This document shows, in pieces, positions 53,141 through 62,624 of a DNA stretch of 64,000 bases. Source of the DNA: Desulfobacterales bacterium (GTDB lineage: Bacteria; Desulfobacterota; Desulfobacteria; Desulfobacterales; UBA2174); NCBI GenBank assembly GCA_963668645.2, contig CAXXWC010000019.1:256001-320000 (forward strand). The letters are read 5' to 3'. The translations under genes were made by a program, and so were the position numbers. The notes below the pieces were generated by a model, which was not told the origin of the DNA, did no database searches, and saw nothing but the letters and a program-made list of their open reading frames with translations. Each line of letters starts with the position of its first letter. Within the stretch, counting starts at the first letter, position 1.

Positions 53141-53844
53141 GTCCCCTCACTCGCCTCGATGCGCGCGTAGTCCGCCTTGGAAATCGGCACGAAGCGGATC
53201 TTGTCCCCGGCACGGTAGGGGATCGGATCGGCTTTACGCGGATCGAAAAGCCTCATGGGAGTCCGCCCGATCAGCTGCCAGCCGCCGGGACTCGCCGCAG
53301 GGTAGATCCCGGTCTGGGCCTCGGCGATGCCCACCGATCCGGCCTCAACCCGCATTCGGGGGGTTTCCAGGCGCGGGGTATGCAGCCGTGGATCGAGACC
53401 GCCCAGGTAGGGAAAGCCGGGAGCGAATCCGATGGCGTAGATGTGGTAGGCGGTGGCCGCATGAATCCGGACCACCTCTTCAGGGGCCAGTCCGTGGTGG
53501 GTCGCTACGGCATCGAGATCCGGGCCGGCCTCGCCGCCGTAAAGCACGGGGATTTCCACCGTCCGGGCCGGTGCGATGCCGGCGGCGGGAAGTGCCGTTT
53601 CGAGCTCGAGCAGTTTTTCCCGCAAGGTTTCGGGTTCGATGCTCAGCGGGTCGTAGAAGACCACCAGGGAGCGGTAAGCCGGCACCACACGAATCACGCC
53701 GGCCGGCCGGTCACGCTCGATGACCAGCACCATGGCCCGCACCTTCTCGTTGAGCGCCTGATCGACCCCTTCGCCGTATTCCACCAGCAACGCCTGATCG
53801 CCGCAGATGCGAAATCGGGCATGTTCATAGAGGACGGTTCCCAT
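53137..53844 (-). CDS. pxpB: 5-oxoprolinase subunit B (AHS1/KipI family)
   Basis: VPAYRSL, IPVLYGG, GFAPGFPY, SPGGWQLIGRTP. Confidence 0.92.
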   Translation of the reverse strand: MGTVLYEHARFRICGDQALLVEYGEGVDQALNEKVRAMVLVIERDRPAGVIRVVPAYRSLVVFYDPLSIEPETLREKLLELETALPAAGIAPARTVEIPVLYGGEAGPDLDAVATHHGLAPEEVVRIHAATAYHIYAIGFAPGFPYLGGLDPRLHTPRLETPRMRVEAGSVGIAEAQTGIYPAASPGGWQLIGRTPMRLFDPRKADPIPYRAGDKIRFVPISKADYARIEASEGT

Positions 53845-53859
53845 GACAGCCGTTTTTCC

Positions 53860-54636
53860 TCAGTCCGGTGCACCCATCGGTAACAACGCCAGCCCGGCCT
53901 CCTCAAGGGTGCGCCGGATCTGGCAAACCAGGGCCAGGGCCGCGGGAGAATCGCCGTGGACGCAGAGGGTGTTGATCTCCAGTTCCAGCACGCTGCCGTC
54001 GGTGGCCACCACCCGGCCGTCGCGGGCCATGGCCAGGGCCCGGGCGGCGGCCACGGCCGGATCCTGGATCACCGCGCCGGGCAATCTGCGCGAGGCGAGC
54101 CGCCCTTGCGGGGTGTAGGCCCGGTCCGGGAAGGCTTCAAAGACGATTCGCAGTCCGGTCTCGCGGCCGATACGCTCCATCAGCGGCGCTTCGGCCCCGG
54201 CCAGGGTCACCAGCAGCAGGTTGGCGTCGACGCTGGCCACCGCCTCGGCAATCGCCCGGGCCAGCGGCTCGTTGCCCACCGCCGCGTTGTAGAGTGCACC
54301 GTGGGGTTTGACATGCTGCAAGGCCACGCCGTGGGCCGCACAAAAGGCCTTGAGCGCCCCGATCTGATAGATGATGTCGTTTTTGACCTCCTCGGGGGTG
54401 CAGTCGATGGTGCGGCGGCCGAAGCCCTGCAGATCGGAAAAGCCCGGGTGAGCCCCCACCCCCACGCCGTGGGCCGAGGCCAGGGCCACGGTGCGGTTCA
54501 TCACCAGCGGATCGCCGGCGTGAAAGCCGCAGGCGATGTTGGCCGATGTGATGTGGGCGATAACCTCGGGGTCCATGCCGATGGTCCAGGCCCCGAAGCT
54601 CTCGCCCATGTCGCAATTCAAATCGACACGCTGCAT
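53860..54636 (-). CDS. pxpA: 5-oxoprolinase subunit A (LamB/YcsF family)
   Basis: DLNCDMGESFG, ACGFHAGDP, HVKPHGALYN, CVHGD. Confidence 0.93.
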   Translation of the reverse strand: MQRVDLNCDMGESFGAWTIGMDPEVIAHITSANIACGFHAGDPLVMNRTVALASAHGVGVGAHPGFSDLQGFGRRTIDCTPEEVKNDIIYQIGALKAFCAAHGVALQHVKPHGALYNAAVGNEPLARAIAEAVASVDANLLLVTLAGAEAPLMERIGRETGLRIVFEAFPDRAYTPQGRLASRRLPGAVIQDPAVAAARALAMARDGRVVATDGSVLELEINTLCVHGDSPAALALVCQIRRTLEEAGLALLPMGAPD

Positions 54637-54647
54637 GCGCACCTCCT

Positions 54648-55946
54648 TTACTTCATCATGTTCGGCAGCACCAAGACGATCTGGGGAAACACGGTCACCA
54701 GTGCTGTGGCCAGGGCCATAAGCGCAAAAAAAGGAAAGGCCGCCCGGGCGATGGTCAGGATGTCGTCGTTGTTCAAACTGCTGATGACAAACAGGTTAAA
54801 GCCCACCGGGGGCGTGATCTGGGCAAGCTCGATCATCAATACGAGGTAGATGCCGAACCAGACCGGATCAAAGCCTGAGGCCGTGATCAGCGGCAGCACG
54901 ATGGGCGTGGTCATCACGATCATGGAAAACCCGTCCACCAGGCATCCGAGAAGGACGTACAGAAAGCTCAAGATGAGAATCAGCACGTAGGGCGACAGGC
55001 CCATCTCGGTGACAAAGAGGGTCAGCTTGCGCGTGATGCCCAGGTAGCCGACCACCACCGAGAGGTAGGAAGCGCCCATGACGATGAGCATGATCATGCA
55101 GCTCGTCTTGACGGCGCCCATGAGACTTTCGACGAAAACCTTGCGGTCCAGGCTGCGGCTGATCAGGGCAAAGACCAGCGAGCCGACCACGCCCACGGCC
55201 CCGGCCTCGGTGGGTGTGGCCCAGCCGGCGTAAAGGCTGCCGAGAACCACCAGGATGAGAAACAGCACCGGTGCGATTTCCGGAATGGCGCGGATGCGCT
55301 GGGCCCAGTTGTGTCCTTCGGCCCCGGCCGGCGCCAGGCTCGGCTGCAGGATGCAGCGCAAGACGATGTAGCCGCTGAAGAGCCCGGCGATCAATACCCC
55401 GGGCAAAAAGCCGGCGATGAACAGCTTGCCGATGCTCACGTCGCCGATGATCCCGTAGACGAGCATCATCATGCTGGGGGGGATCAGAAACCCGAGGGTA
55501 CCGGCGCCGGCCAGGGAACCGACCGCGATGCGCTGGTCGTAGCCGCGCTCCTTGAGTTCCGGCACGGTGATCTTGCCGACGGTGGCCGTTGTGGCGGCCG
55601 AAGAGCCGCTCACGGCGGCAAAGAAGGTGCACGCGAATATGTTGACGTGCAGCAGGCGCCCGGGTACACGATCCATCCAAGGGGTCAGGCCGTTGAAAAG
55701 GTTTTGCGATATCTTGCTGCGAAACAGGATCTCGCCCATCCAGACAAACATCGGCAGTGCCATCATGGCCGATCCGCTGGTGTTGTTCCAGACCACGTTG
55801 CTCATGATCGAGCCGAAGGGCAGGTCGGTAAAAAAGACGAATCCGCCCAGGCCGACCAGAAACAATGCAATCCCGATCCAGACAGTGCCGCCCATGAACA
55901 CGACCAGCAGGGCGAAGAGGGTCAACGAAATGCTGGCTAATTCCAC
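54648..55946 (-). CDS. dctM: TRAP transporter large permease
   Basis: AVSGSSAAT, GTLGFLIPPS, TPTEA, ITPPVGFNLF. Confidence 0.92.
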   Translation of the reverse strand: MELASISLTLFALLVVFMGGTVWIGIALFLVGLGGFVFFTDLPFGSIMSNVVWNNTSGSAMMALPMFVWMGEILFRSKISQNLFNGLTPWMDRVPGRLLHVNIFACTFFAAVSGSSAATTATVGKITVPELKERGYDQRIAVGSLAGAGTLGFLIPPSMMMLVYGIIGDVSIGKLFIAGFLPGVLIAGLFSGYIVLRCILQPSLAPAGAEGHNWAQRIRAIPEIAPVLFLILVVLGSLYAGWATPTEAGAVGVVGSLVFALISRSLDRKVFVESLMGAVKTSCMIMLIVMGASYLSVVVGYLGITRKLTLFVTEMGLSPYVLILILSFLYVLLGCLVDGFSMIVMTTPIVLPLITASGFDPVWFGIYLVLMIELAQITPPVGFNLFVISSLNNDDILTIARAAFPFFALMALATALVTVFPQIVLVLPNMMK

Positions 55947-56001
55947 GTTTCGACTCCTGTGACCGGCCTTGAGCGCCGGTCGTCTGGCCCCCGCGGGAGG
56001 A

Positions 56002-56538
56002 CTAACGGCCCAAGCCGTCGATCTCCTCGTAGAGCTTTAAACCATCGGTATCCCCCCTGAGCATCGCCACGGTGCGCAGAAGCTCGCCACCGAACTGCAC
56101 CGTCATGAAAAGGGTGCCCAACGGCATGAAAAACTGGGGGACGGCCAGGTAGGTTTCACTGATCTGCATCGACTGGGACTCGTTGACCACCGAGTCCCAG
56201 AAAAAGACGCCGGTGTAGTACGTCAAGGCGGCACAAAAGAGCAGACCGACGCTAAAGCAGATGATATCCAGGTAGAGGCGCCGGCGGCCCGTGACCACCC
56301 GCAACAGAAAAGTCATGCGGATATGGCCCCGTTCGCGCAGGGTGTAACCCAGGGCGCAGAAGGTCAGGCCGCACATCAGGTAGCCGGCGTACTCTTCGGT
56401 AATGAACAGCGTGTGGTGAAAGGCGCTGCGCACCACGATTTCGGCCACGATGAGGGCCAGACCGCTGCAAAGCATGACCCCTGCCAGGGCACCGAGAAAA
56501 CCCGACAGGGTGTCGGCCCATTTGACCAAGCGTTTCAT
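56002..56538 (-). CDS. dctQ: TRAP transporter small permease
   Basis: Four TM helices, EEYAGY, RGHIRM. Confidence 0.88.
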   Translation of the reverse strand: MKRLVKWADTLSGFLGALAGVMLCSGLALIVAEIVVRSAFHHTLFITEEYAGYLMCGLTFCALGYTLRERGHIRMTFLLRVVTGRRRLYLDIICFSVGLLFCAALTYYTGVFFWDSVVNESQSMQISETYLAVPQFFMPLGTLFMTVQFGGELLRTVAMLRGDTDGLKLYEEIDGLGR

Positions 56539-56683
56539 GATGTGACTCCCGGGACCGGACAACGCCGGGGGTGCAAAGGTGTCGCCCCCGCGGCGGCGCG
56601 GTCGTGTCGCTCCGGCTGGCCGCGCTAGGCCCTGCAGCGTCGCACGGCCGGCCGGAACAAGGATGGAAAGGCGCTTTCGGTTC

Positions 56684-57676
56684 TCAGCGCTGGCTTTTTT
56701 TCTCGAACTCCTCGTAAATCTTGCGAGCCAGGGGCGGCGCGTCCTTGAGCCATTCGCTGCGGATCGACTCGGTAACCTTCTTCAACGCCTTGAGCAGATC
56801 CTTGGACACCGCAACGGTTTCGATGCCGTTCTTGTTGCAGATCGACTCCTTTTCCTTGTCGAGCTTGGCCACCTTGTCCCACATGATGTCTTCCATCTGC
56901 TTGCCGAGCTGGATCAGGGTCTGCTGGGTCTTCTCGTCGAGCTTCTTGAAGGACCTCAGGTTCACGTTGACCATGTCGGTGGCGATGGTGATGTTCAGCG
57001 GCTGGTAATACTTGAGCACTTCCCAGAACTTGCCGTCCACGCCAGTAGGCGTCGAGGTGATCACCGAGTCGATCAGGCCGGTGGCCAGCGAGGAGTAGAC
57101 CTCGGAAAAAGGCAGCGCATAGGGGGTGCCGCCGGTGGCCTCGACCACCAGGGCCCCGTTCTTGTCATAGGTGCGGGTCTTGAGGCCCTTCATGTCCTCG
57201 ACGCTGGTGATCTTGCGCTTGGTCCAGAGGCCGGCGCCGGGCCAGGGCGCGATGTAGAGGATCTTCTGGCCCCATTTGGCCGCCACCTTGTCGAAGTAGG
57301 GCCGGGCCGTGTCCAGCAGCATGCGGGCCTCCTGGAAGTCCTCGACCAGAAACGGCAGGGTCACGATCTGAAAAACCTTCTCATCGCCCGCGACCCCGCT
57401 GATGAGCATGTCGGAAAGCGGCACCAGGCCGTCGCGCACCGCCTTGAGCAGCTCGGGTCCCTTGTAGCCCAGGGCCCCGCCGGCGTTGACCACGACTTCC
57501 AGCTCGCCGCTGGTGGCCGTCTTGACCTTGGCGGCGAACTCCTCCAGGCCGATGGTGTGGTGGTTGTTGGGCGGCCAGACCGAGTTGGCGTTCCAGGTGG
57601 TTGCGGCCGCGCAGGGCGCGGCGCACCAGATTGCCAGGACTGCGACTACCATTGCCGATGCAAGCACTCTTTTCAT
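56684..57676 (-). CDS. dctP: TRAP substrate-binding protein
   Basis: Signal peptide, DMKGLKTR, LPFSEVYSSLATG. Confidence 0.9.
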   Translation of the reverse strand: MKRVLASAMVVAVLAIWCAAPCAAATTWNANSVWPPNNHHTIGLEEFAAKVKTATSGELEVVVNAGGALGYKGPELLKAVRDGLVPLSDMLISGVAGDEKVFQIVTLPFLVEDFQEARMLLDTARPYFDKVAAKWGQKILYIAPWPGAGLWTKRKITSVEDMKGLKTRTYDKNGALVVEATGGTPYALPFSEVYSSLATGLIDSVITSTPTGVDGKFWEVLKYYQPLNITIATDMVNVNLRSFKKLDEKTQQTLIQLGKQMEDIMWDKVAKLDKEKESICNKNGIETVAVSKDLLKALKKVTESIRSEWLKDAPPLARKIYEEFEKKSQR

Positions 57677-57758
57677 GATTCGCCCCTTTCTTTTTTTACG
57701 TTCAATGATCACGGCCGGCACGGCCGGCCGTGCGGCGCCATTGCTGCCGCCGTGGATC

Positions 57759-57989
57759 TCATAAATCCGTAGCATGGATCGCGCCTACCGGACAGAATTC
57801 GGCGCAAACAGGTTGCCGGCACCCGGCACAGGCGCTTCCGAGGGCCAGCGCCAGGCGGCCGTCGTCCAAAAACGTGACCTGGATAGCGGCCGCTTCCGGA
57901 TCGAAGCACCCCAGGCGGCCGAAGGAACAAGCCAGTTCGCAAAGCCGGCAACCGACACAGCGTTCCGGGTCCACCGCAACGGTTGTCAT
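57759..57989 (-). CDS. 4Fe-4S dicluster ferredoxin
   Basis: CVGCRLCELAC and CAGC...CAEFCP; ATG overlaps the AOR stop. Confidence 0.85.
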   Translation of the reverse strand: MTTVAVDPERCVGCRLCELACSFGRLGCFDPEAAAIQVTFLDDGRLALALGSACAGCRQPVCAEFCPVGAIHATDL

Positions 57990-59926
57990 GGCGCCTCCTG
58001 GCAGTGGTCGCCTGCCGCACCCGGCAGGCGGATACCCGCGGCGGCCAGACGGGCGGCCACATCGGCCAGTCCCAGATCCACAAGCCGCCGGGAACTGGGC
58101 CAACCGGTGGCCAGGTCGTAGCCGTGGGCCAGGTAGTAGGCGTCCAGCATCTCCTGCCAGCGCTGCAGATCGAGCCGCTGGCCGGTGAACGGCCCCCCGG
58201 TCACCGGAATCTCCACCAGCTTGGACGGCGGCTGGGCATCGGCGCGGCCGAAACCGGCATGCAGGATGTTAAAGGCGGTTTCCAGGGTTTGCAGCCGTGC
58301 CCCGACCTGGAGCAGATCCGCTACGGACCGGCGGCTGCCGGTGACCAGGTGGTGAAAACGGGTGATGTCCGCCGGTGTGAACAGGCCGAGCTCCATCCAC
58401 ATGGACGGCAGATAGCATAGCCCCATCATGTCCACCACCCCTTTGTAATTTTCATACCAGGTCACCAGTTCGGCCTTGTTGGCGTAGGCGGTGGGGTCTT
58501 GGACGTCGTCGACGCCGAACCAGGCGCGGCTCTCTTCAGGACTGAGACACTGGGCCTCTACGGCCGGCGCGCCGCGCAGGTGCCCGCCGCCCTTGGTGCT
58601 GGTGACGATCCCCAGAGCCCAGCCTTTGTGCGAACGCATGCCCGCTTCCATCAGTGCATTGCGGTGCGCCAGGGAAGCGAGCTTTTCGCTGCCGCGGCCC
58701 ACCTGGCGTGCGGCGTTCGCCACGCCCCGGGCCAGCACGGCACCGAACCCGCTACGCCGGGCGATCTGTTCGAGCAGTCGCATCGCGGCTGCTCCATCCC
58801 CCCAGCGCAAATCAAGGCCCCCGGTGTCCCCACTGTTGATGATCCCCTTTTCGAAGCACTCCACCGCCCAGGCCAGGGCCGCGCTGGTATGGTCGCCGTC
58901 CAGGCCGTAGCGGTTGGCCAACGCGTGCAGTTGCAGCACCTGATCCGGGTCGGTGATTTCCAGGTTCGAGGCGAAGGCCCGCCAGGAGTTGGCCTGGAGC
59001 CCTTCGCAGCGCAGGTCGCCGATCCGGTATATCGCGCTGCAGTAGATCGGGCAGGCGAAGCAGGAGTGACGCCGCACGAGATAGCGTTGATCGAAGACGC
59101 CGCGGCGAACCCGCCCGATGGCCTCGTTGCCCCAGAATTCCACACTCATGTTGCGTACGGCATGGGGCCGGTTCTCGCCGGGCAGTTGGTAGGCGTTGAG
59201 GGTGCCGCCCTGGCGGTGGATGCTTACAAAACGGCTCTTTTCAATGACCTCGCGATTGAAGCGGCGCAGCTCGGCCAGCAGCGCCTCGGGCCGGGCCACG
59301 GTCAACGGCCTGCGTCCACGCACGGCGATCGCCTTGAGCCGCTTGGCACCAAGCAGGGCGCCGCTGCCACCGTAGCCGGCCGCCCGCCCCCGGTCACCGA
59401 CGATGCAGGCAAAGCGAACCCGGTTTTCTCCGGCCGGCCCGATGCACAGCGTCTTGAGGCGCGCGTCGTGTTCCAGGCGCTTGATCCGGTTTTCGGTCTC
59501 CCAGGTATCCAGCCCCTGCAATGGAGCGGCATCGCGGAAAAAAACCGCTGCGTCCGTAACGAAGAGGTAAACCGGCCGCCGCGCCCGGCCCTGAATCACG
59601 ATCTGGTCGTAACCGGCGTACTTCATCTCGGCGGCAAAGTGGCCGCCGAGATTGGCCGAGCCGACGCCGCCGGTGATCAGGTTGCGAAAGTCCACCGCCA
59701 GGCGGCAGGCTCCCGGCACCAGGGTCCCCACCAGCGGACCGGCACCCAGAATCAGCGGATTTTCGGGATCGAACGGATCGCGTCCTTCTGGTTGCAGATC
59801 GAAAAGCAGGCGCTGGTTGCTCCCCCGGCCGCCGATCCATTCCGGTTCCGGCCCGGTATTGAGCACTTTGCAGCATTCTCTGGTCAGATCGACATAGAGG
59901 ATTTTTCCAGCAAGTCCGTGTGTCAT
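57986..59926 (-). CDS. Aldehyde:ferredoxin oxidoreductase (AOR/WOR) family protein (start uncertain, up to 59941)
   Basis: GKILYVDL, IGGRG, GPLVG, KYAGYD, IGPAGEN, KRLKAIAV, CFACPIYC, YGLD, GLC. Confidence 0.9.
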   Translation of the reverse strand: MTHGLAGKILYVDLTRECCKVLNTGPEPEWIGGRGSNQRLLFDLQPEGRDPFDPENPLILGAGPLVGTLVPGACRLAVDFRNLITGGVGSANLGGHFAAEMKYAGYDQIVIQGRARRPVYLFVTDAAVFFRDAAPLQGLDTWETENRIKRLEHDARLKTLCIGPAGENRVRFACIVGDRGRAAGYGGSGALLGAKRLKAIAVRGRRPLTVARPEALLAELRRFNREVIEKSRFVSIHRQGGTLNAYQLPGENRPHAVRNMSVEFWGNEAIGRVRRGVFDQRYLVRRHSCFACPIYCSAIYRIGDLRCEGLQANSWRAFASNLEITDPDQVLQLHALANRYGLDGDHTSAALAWAVECFEKGIINSGDTGGLDLRWGDGAAAMRLLEQIARRSGFGAVLARGVANAARQVGRGSEKLASLAHRNALMEAGMRSHKGWALGIVTSTKGGGHLRGAPAVEAQCLSPEESRAWFGVDDVQDPTAYANKAELVTWYENYKGVVDMMGLCYLPSMWMELGLFTPADITRFHHLVTGSRRSVADLLQVGARLQTLETAFNILHAGFGRADAQPPSKLVEIPVTGGPFTGQRLDLQRWQEMLDAYYLAHGYDLATGWPSSRRLVDLGLADVAARLAAAGIRLPGAAGDHCQEAP

Positions 59927-59957
59927 ATCGGGCATCCGCAAGTCTGAAAACGGCCGA

Positions 59958-60644
59958 TTAAACGCTGAGGTACTGAATGATCCGTTCGCGAAAGGCGGTG
60001 ATGTGCGCCTGGCAAGTCAGGCGCAGGGCATCTTCGTTGTTTTCCACCAAGTATTGCATGATGGCCCCGTGTTCTTTGCGTACCGCATCGTAATGTGCCT
60101 CCAGGGAGTGGCCCTGCATGTGATTCTGGCTATAGGAGATGTAGGCCAGTCGCTTGGTCTCGAACCTTATCCGGATCAGGCCGTAGATCAGGTATTCATT
60201 GCGGCAGGCGGCGTAAAATCCCATGTGGAAGCGATGATTCGATTCCACCAGGGCCAGCACGTCCTTGGCCAGGATGGCGGCTTCCACATCTTTCTGGGCC
60301 GCATTCATCTCATCGAGAAACAAGCGGCCATCCAAGTGGCGCATGGCCAGATCGATGACCCCCATTTCCATCGTTTCCAGGGCCTCGAAGACGGCCTTGA
60401 TGTTCTGCAGGCTGATGGACCGCACGGCCCAGGCGCGTGCGGGATGCGTCTCCAGGATCCCGGTGGCCGCCAGACGGTGCAGGGCTTCGCGGATGGGGGT
60501 GCGCCCGATGTCGAGCTCATCCATGAGCTGTTTTTCGCGCAGGATCTGGCCCTGAGCGTATTCCTGAGAAATGACGCGACGGTAGATCTCGTCGAAGGCC
60601 ACGTCGCAAAGCAGCCGTTTGGTCGAAGTGTCAGTGCTGGCCAT
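59958..60644 (-). CDS. GntR-family regulator (FCD domain)
   Basis: IGRTPIREAL, NHRFH, NEYL, EH...HI. Confidence 0.88.
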   Translation of the reverse strand: MASTDTSTKRLLCDVAFDEIYRRVISQEYAQGQILREKQLMDELDIGRTPIREALHRLAATGILETHPARAWAVRSISLQNIKAVFEALETMEMGVIDLAMRHLDGRLFLDEMNAAQKDVEAAILAKDVLALVESNHRFHMGFYAACRNEYLIYGLIRIRFETKRLAYISYSQNHMQGHSLEAHYDAVRKEHGAIMQYLVENNEDALRLTCQAHITAFRERIIQYLSV

Positions 60645-60711
60645 GTGCCGAATACCTTCCTGGCGTGCCGGAGCAGGTGTTGCCGCGGCCCTTTTGTGGA
60701 TGGATTCACTA

Positions 60712-60740
60712 GAGATACATATATCAACGATATATGTCAA
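60712..60740 (-). promoter_or_regulatory. Sigma-70 promoter overlapped by a palindromic operator
   Basis: Minus strand TTGACA-N17-TATCTC; perfect inverted repeat ACATATATC-aac-GATATATGT (60717-60737) covers the spacer. Confidence 0.7.
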
Positions 60741-60827
60741 GTATACATTATCGCGGGCTGTCCATTCGGACGCGAATACTCCACCCCGGCACCCGGCAAA
60801 AATCGATCCCCGGCATCCGGAGGCATC

Positions 60828-60874
60828 AAAAAAACATCGGCACCGCCCCGGAAATACCGGAACGGTGCCGATGT
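60828..60874 (-). terminator. Rho-independent terminator after mdh
   Basis: acatcggcaccg...cggtgccgatgt 12-bp stem followed by a T run on the minus strand. Confidence 0.75.
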
Positions 60875-60904
60875 ATCGTTTTTAGATTTTGTTAAATCGG
60901 TCTA

Positions 60905-61837
60905 TTACCCAAGCGTCTTGAGCAAATCCTTGAGCCCCTGGACAGCGGTGGCGCTCTTGTCCAGGGCCGTCTTTTCCTCGGGGGCAAGCTGGATCTCGAT
61001 CACCTGCTCGACACCGTTCTTGCCGAGCTTGACCGGCACCCCGATGAACAGGTCGTTATAACCGTACTCGCCCTCCAGGTAGGCCGCACAGGGCAGGATC
61101 TTCTTTTTGTCCTTGAGGATCGCTTCGGCCATCTCGACGGCCGCCGAAGCCGGCGCATAGTAGGCGCTGCCGGTCTTGAGCAGGCCGACGATCTCGGCCC
61201 CGCCGCTGGCGGTGCGCTGGCAAAGGGCCTTGATCCGATCTTCCGGCATCAGTTCGGTGATGGGAATCCCGGCCACGGTGGAAAACCGCGGCAGGGGCAC
61301 CATGGTGTCGCCGTGGCCGCCGAGCACGAAGGCGTGGGTATTTTCCACCGACACGTTCAGCTCCATGGCGATAAAGGCCCGGAAGCGGGCCGAGTCGAGA
61401 ACCCCGGCCATCCCGATGACCCGGTTCTTGGGAAATCCGGAAGCCTCATAGGCCACATGGCACATGGCATCCAGGGGGTTGGAGACGATGATCAGAATCG
61501 CTTCGGGCGAATATTTGGCCACCTCGGCGACCACCTTTTTCATGATCCCCGCATTGGTGGCGATCAGATCGTCGCGGCTCATGCCGGGTTTGCGCGGAAT
61601 TCCGGCCGTGATGATCACCACATCCGAACCTGCGCTGGCCTCATAAACGTTGGTACCGGTGAGCTTGGCATCGTGTTTTTCGATGGGGGCGGCCTCCATC
61701 AGGTCAAGAGACTTTCCCTGGGGCACGCCCTCGATGATGTCCACCAGCACCACGTCGCACAGTTCTTTTTCCGCCAGCCGCTGGGCGGCCGTGGCGCCGA
61801 CGTTGCCGGCCCCCACCACCGTTACTTTCTTGTCCAT
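60905..61837 (-). CDS. mdh: Malate dehydrogenase (LDH-like type)
   Basis: [17 protein letters not shown] (Arg specificity residue), VSNPLD, LDSARF, GGHGD. Confidence 0.95.
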   Translation of the reverse strand: MDKKVTVVGAGNVGATAAQRLAEKELCDVVLVDIIEGVPQGKSLDLMEAAPIEKHDAKLTGTNVYEASAGSDVVIITAGIPRKPGMSRDDLIATNAGIMKKVVAEVAKYSPEAILIIVSNPLDAMCHVAYEASGFPKNRVIGMAGVLDSARFRAFIAMELNVSVENTHAFVLGGHGDTMVPLPRFSTVAGIPITELMPEDRIKALCQRTASGGAEIVGLLKTGSAYYAPASAAVEMAEAILKDKKKILPCAAYLEGEYGYNDLFIGVPVKLGKNGVEQVIEIQLAPEEKTALDKSATAVQGLKDLLKTLG

Positions 61838-61933
61838 CTGCTTTCCTCCTTGTTCCCGAATGATATGCGTCGGCATCACCGTTACGGCGATACGCCGGTT
61901 CGCGATGAGCCGCTTCAGCCACGGCCCATCTTC

Positions 61934-62458
61934 TCAATTGGGCAGCCGCACCACCAGCACCGGCACCGGCGACCGGCGCAGTACCCGCTGGGCCGTGCTG
62001 CCGAGCATGGCGTCGGTCAGGGTTCCCTGGCCGTGAGTGCCCATGACGATCAGATCGCATTCCCTGTCCCGCGCCGCTTCAAGAATCTTTTGAACGGCGT
62101 TGCCCCGCTCCAGCACGATCTCGTCCGATCCGAAGGTCTTGGTGTCCGTCTCGGAACGTGCGTTCTCGTAGAACTTGTTGAGCACATCACGGATCAAGCC
62201 GCTGTCACGGCGCTTGCCGATGAGCTGCTGGCGGGCCTCATCCTCGTTGCGGGCCTGGATCTCGGCCCAGTCCTTCTCGCTGATGTAGCCGGTGATCCTG
62301 CGGTCGAGGTCCGGGACCTCCTCCATCACGTGCAAAATCACCAGGCTGGCCTGGTAGTGACCGGCCAGATTCAGCGCATAAGAAAAGGCGTAGCGGGCGC
62401 TCCACGACAGATCGGTGGTGTAAAGAATCTTTTTGATCGTGACACTTGGAAGTTCCAT
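61934..62458 (-). CDS. Universal stress protein
   Basis: ILYTTDLS, DLIVMGTHG, LGSTAQRVLRRSPVPVLVV. Confidence 0.92.
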   Translation of the reverse strand: MELPSVTIKKILYTTDLSWSARYAFSYALNLAGHYQASLVILHVMEEVPDLDRRITGYISEKDWAEIQARNEDEARQQLIGKRRDSGLIRDVLNKFYENARSETDTKTFGSDEIVLERGNAVQKILEAARDRECDLIVMGTHGQGTLTDAMLGSTAQRVLRRSPVPVLVVRLPN

Positions 62459-62624
62459 AAGCGGCCCCTTTCTTACTGAGTTGGAGATGGCAACCGGGTA
62501 AGGATGAACTGAGCGTTCGTGCTCTCTTTAGGCGGAGGGCCTACCGGGTGTCAATCGCTTTCGGACCATTCGAGGCCGGCATCGCCCCTTGCTCGGCGAT
62601 GCCGGCGGTTCGTTGTGGATCTTT

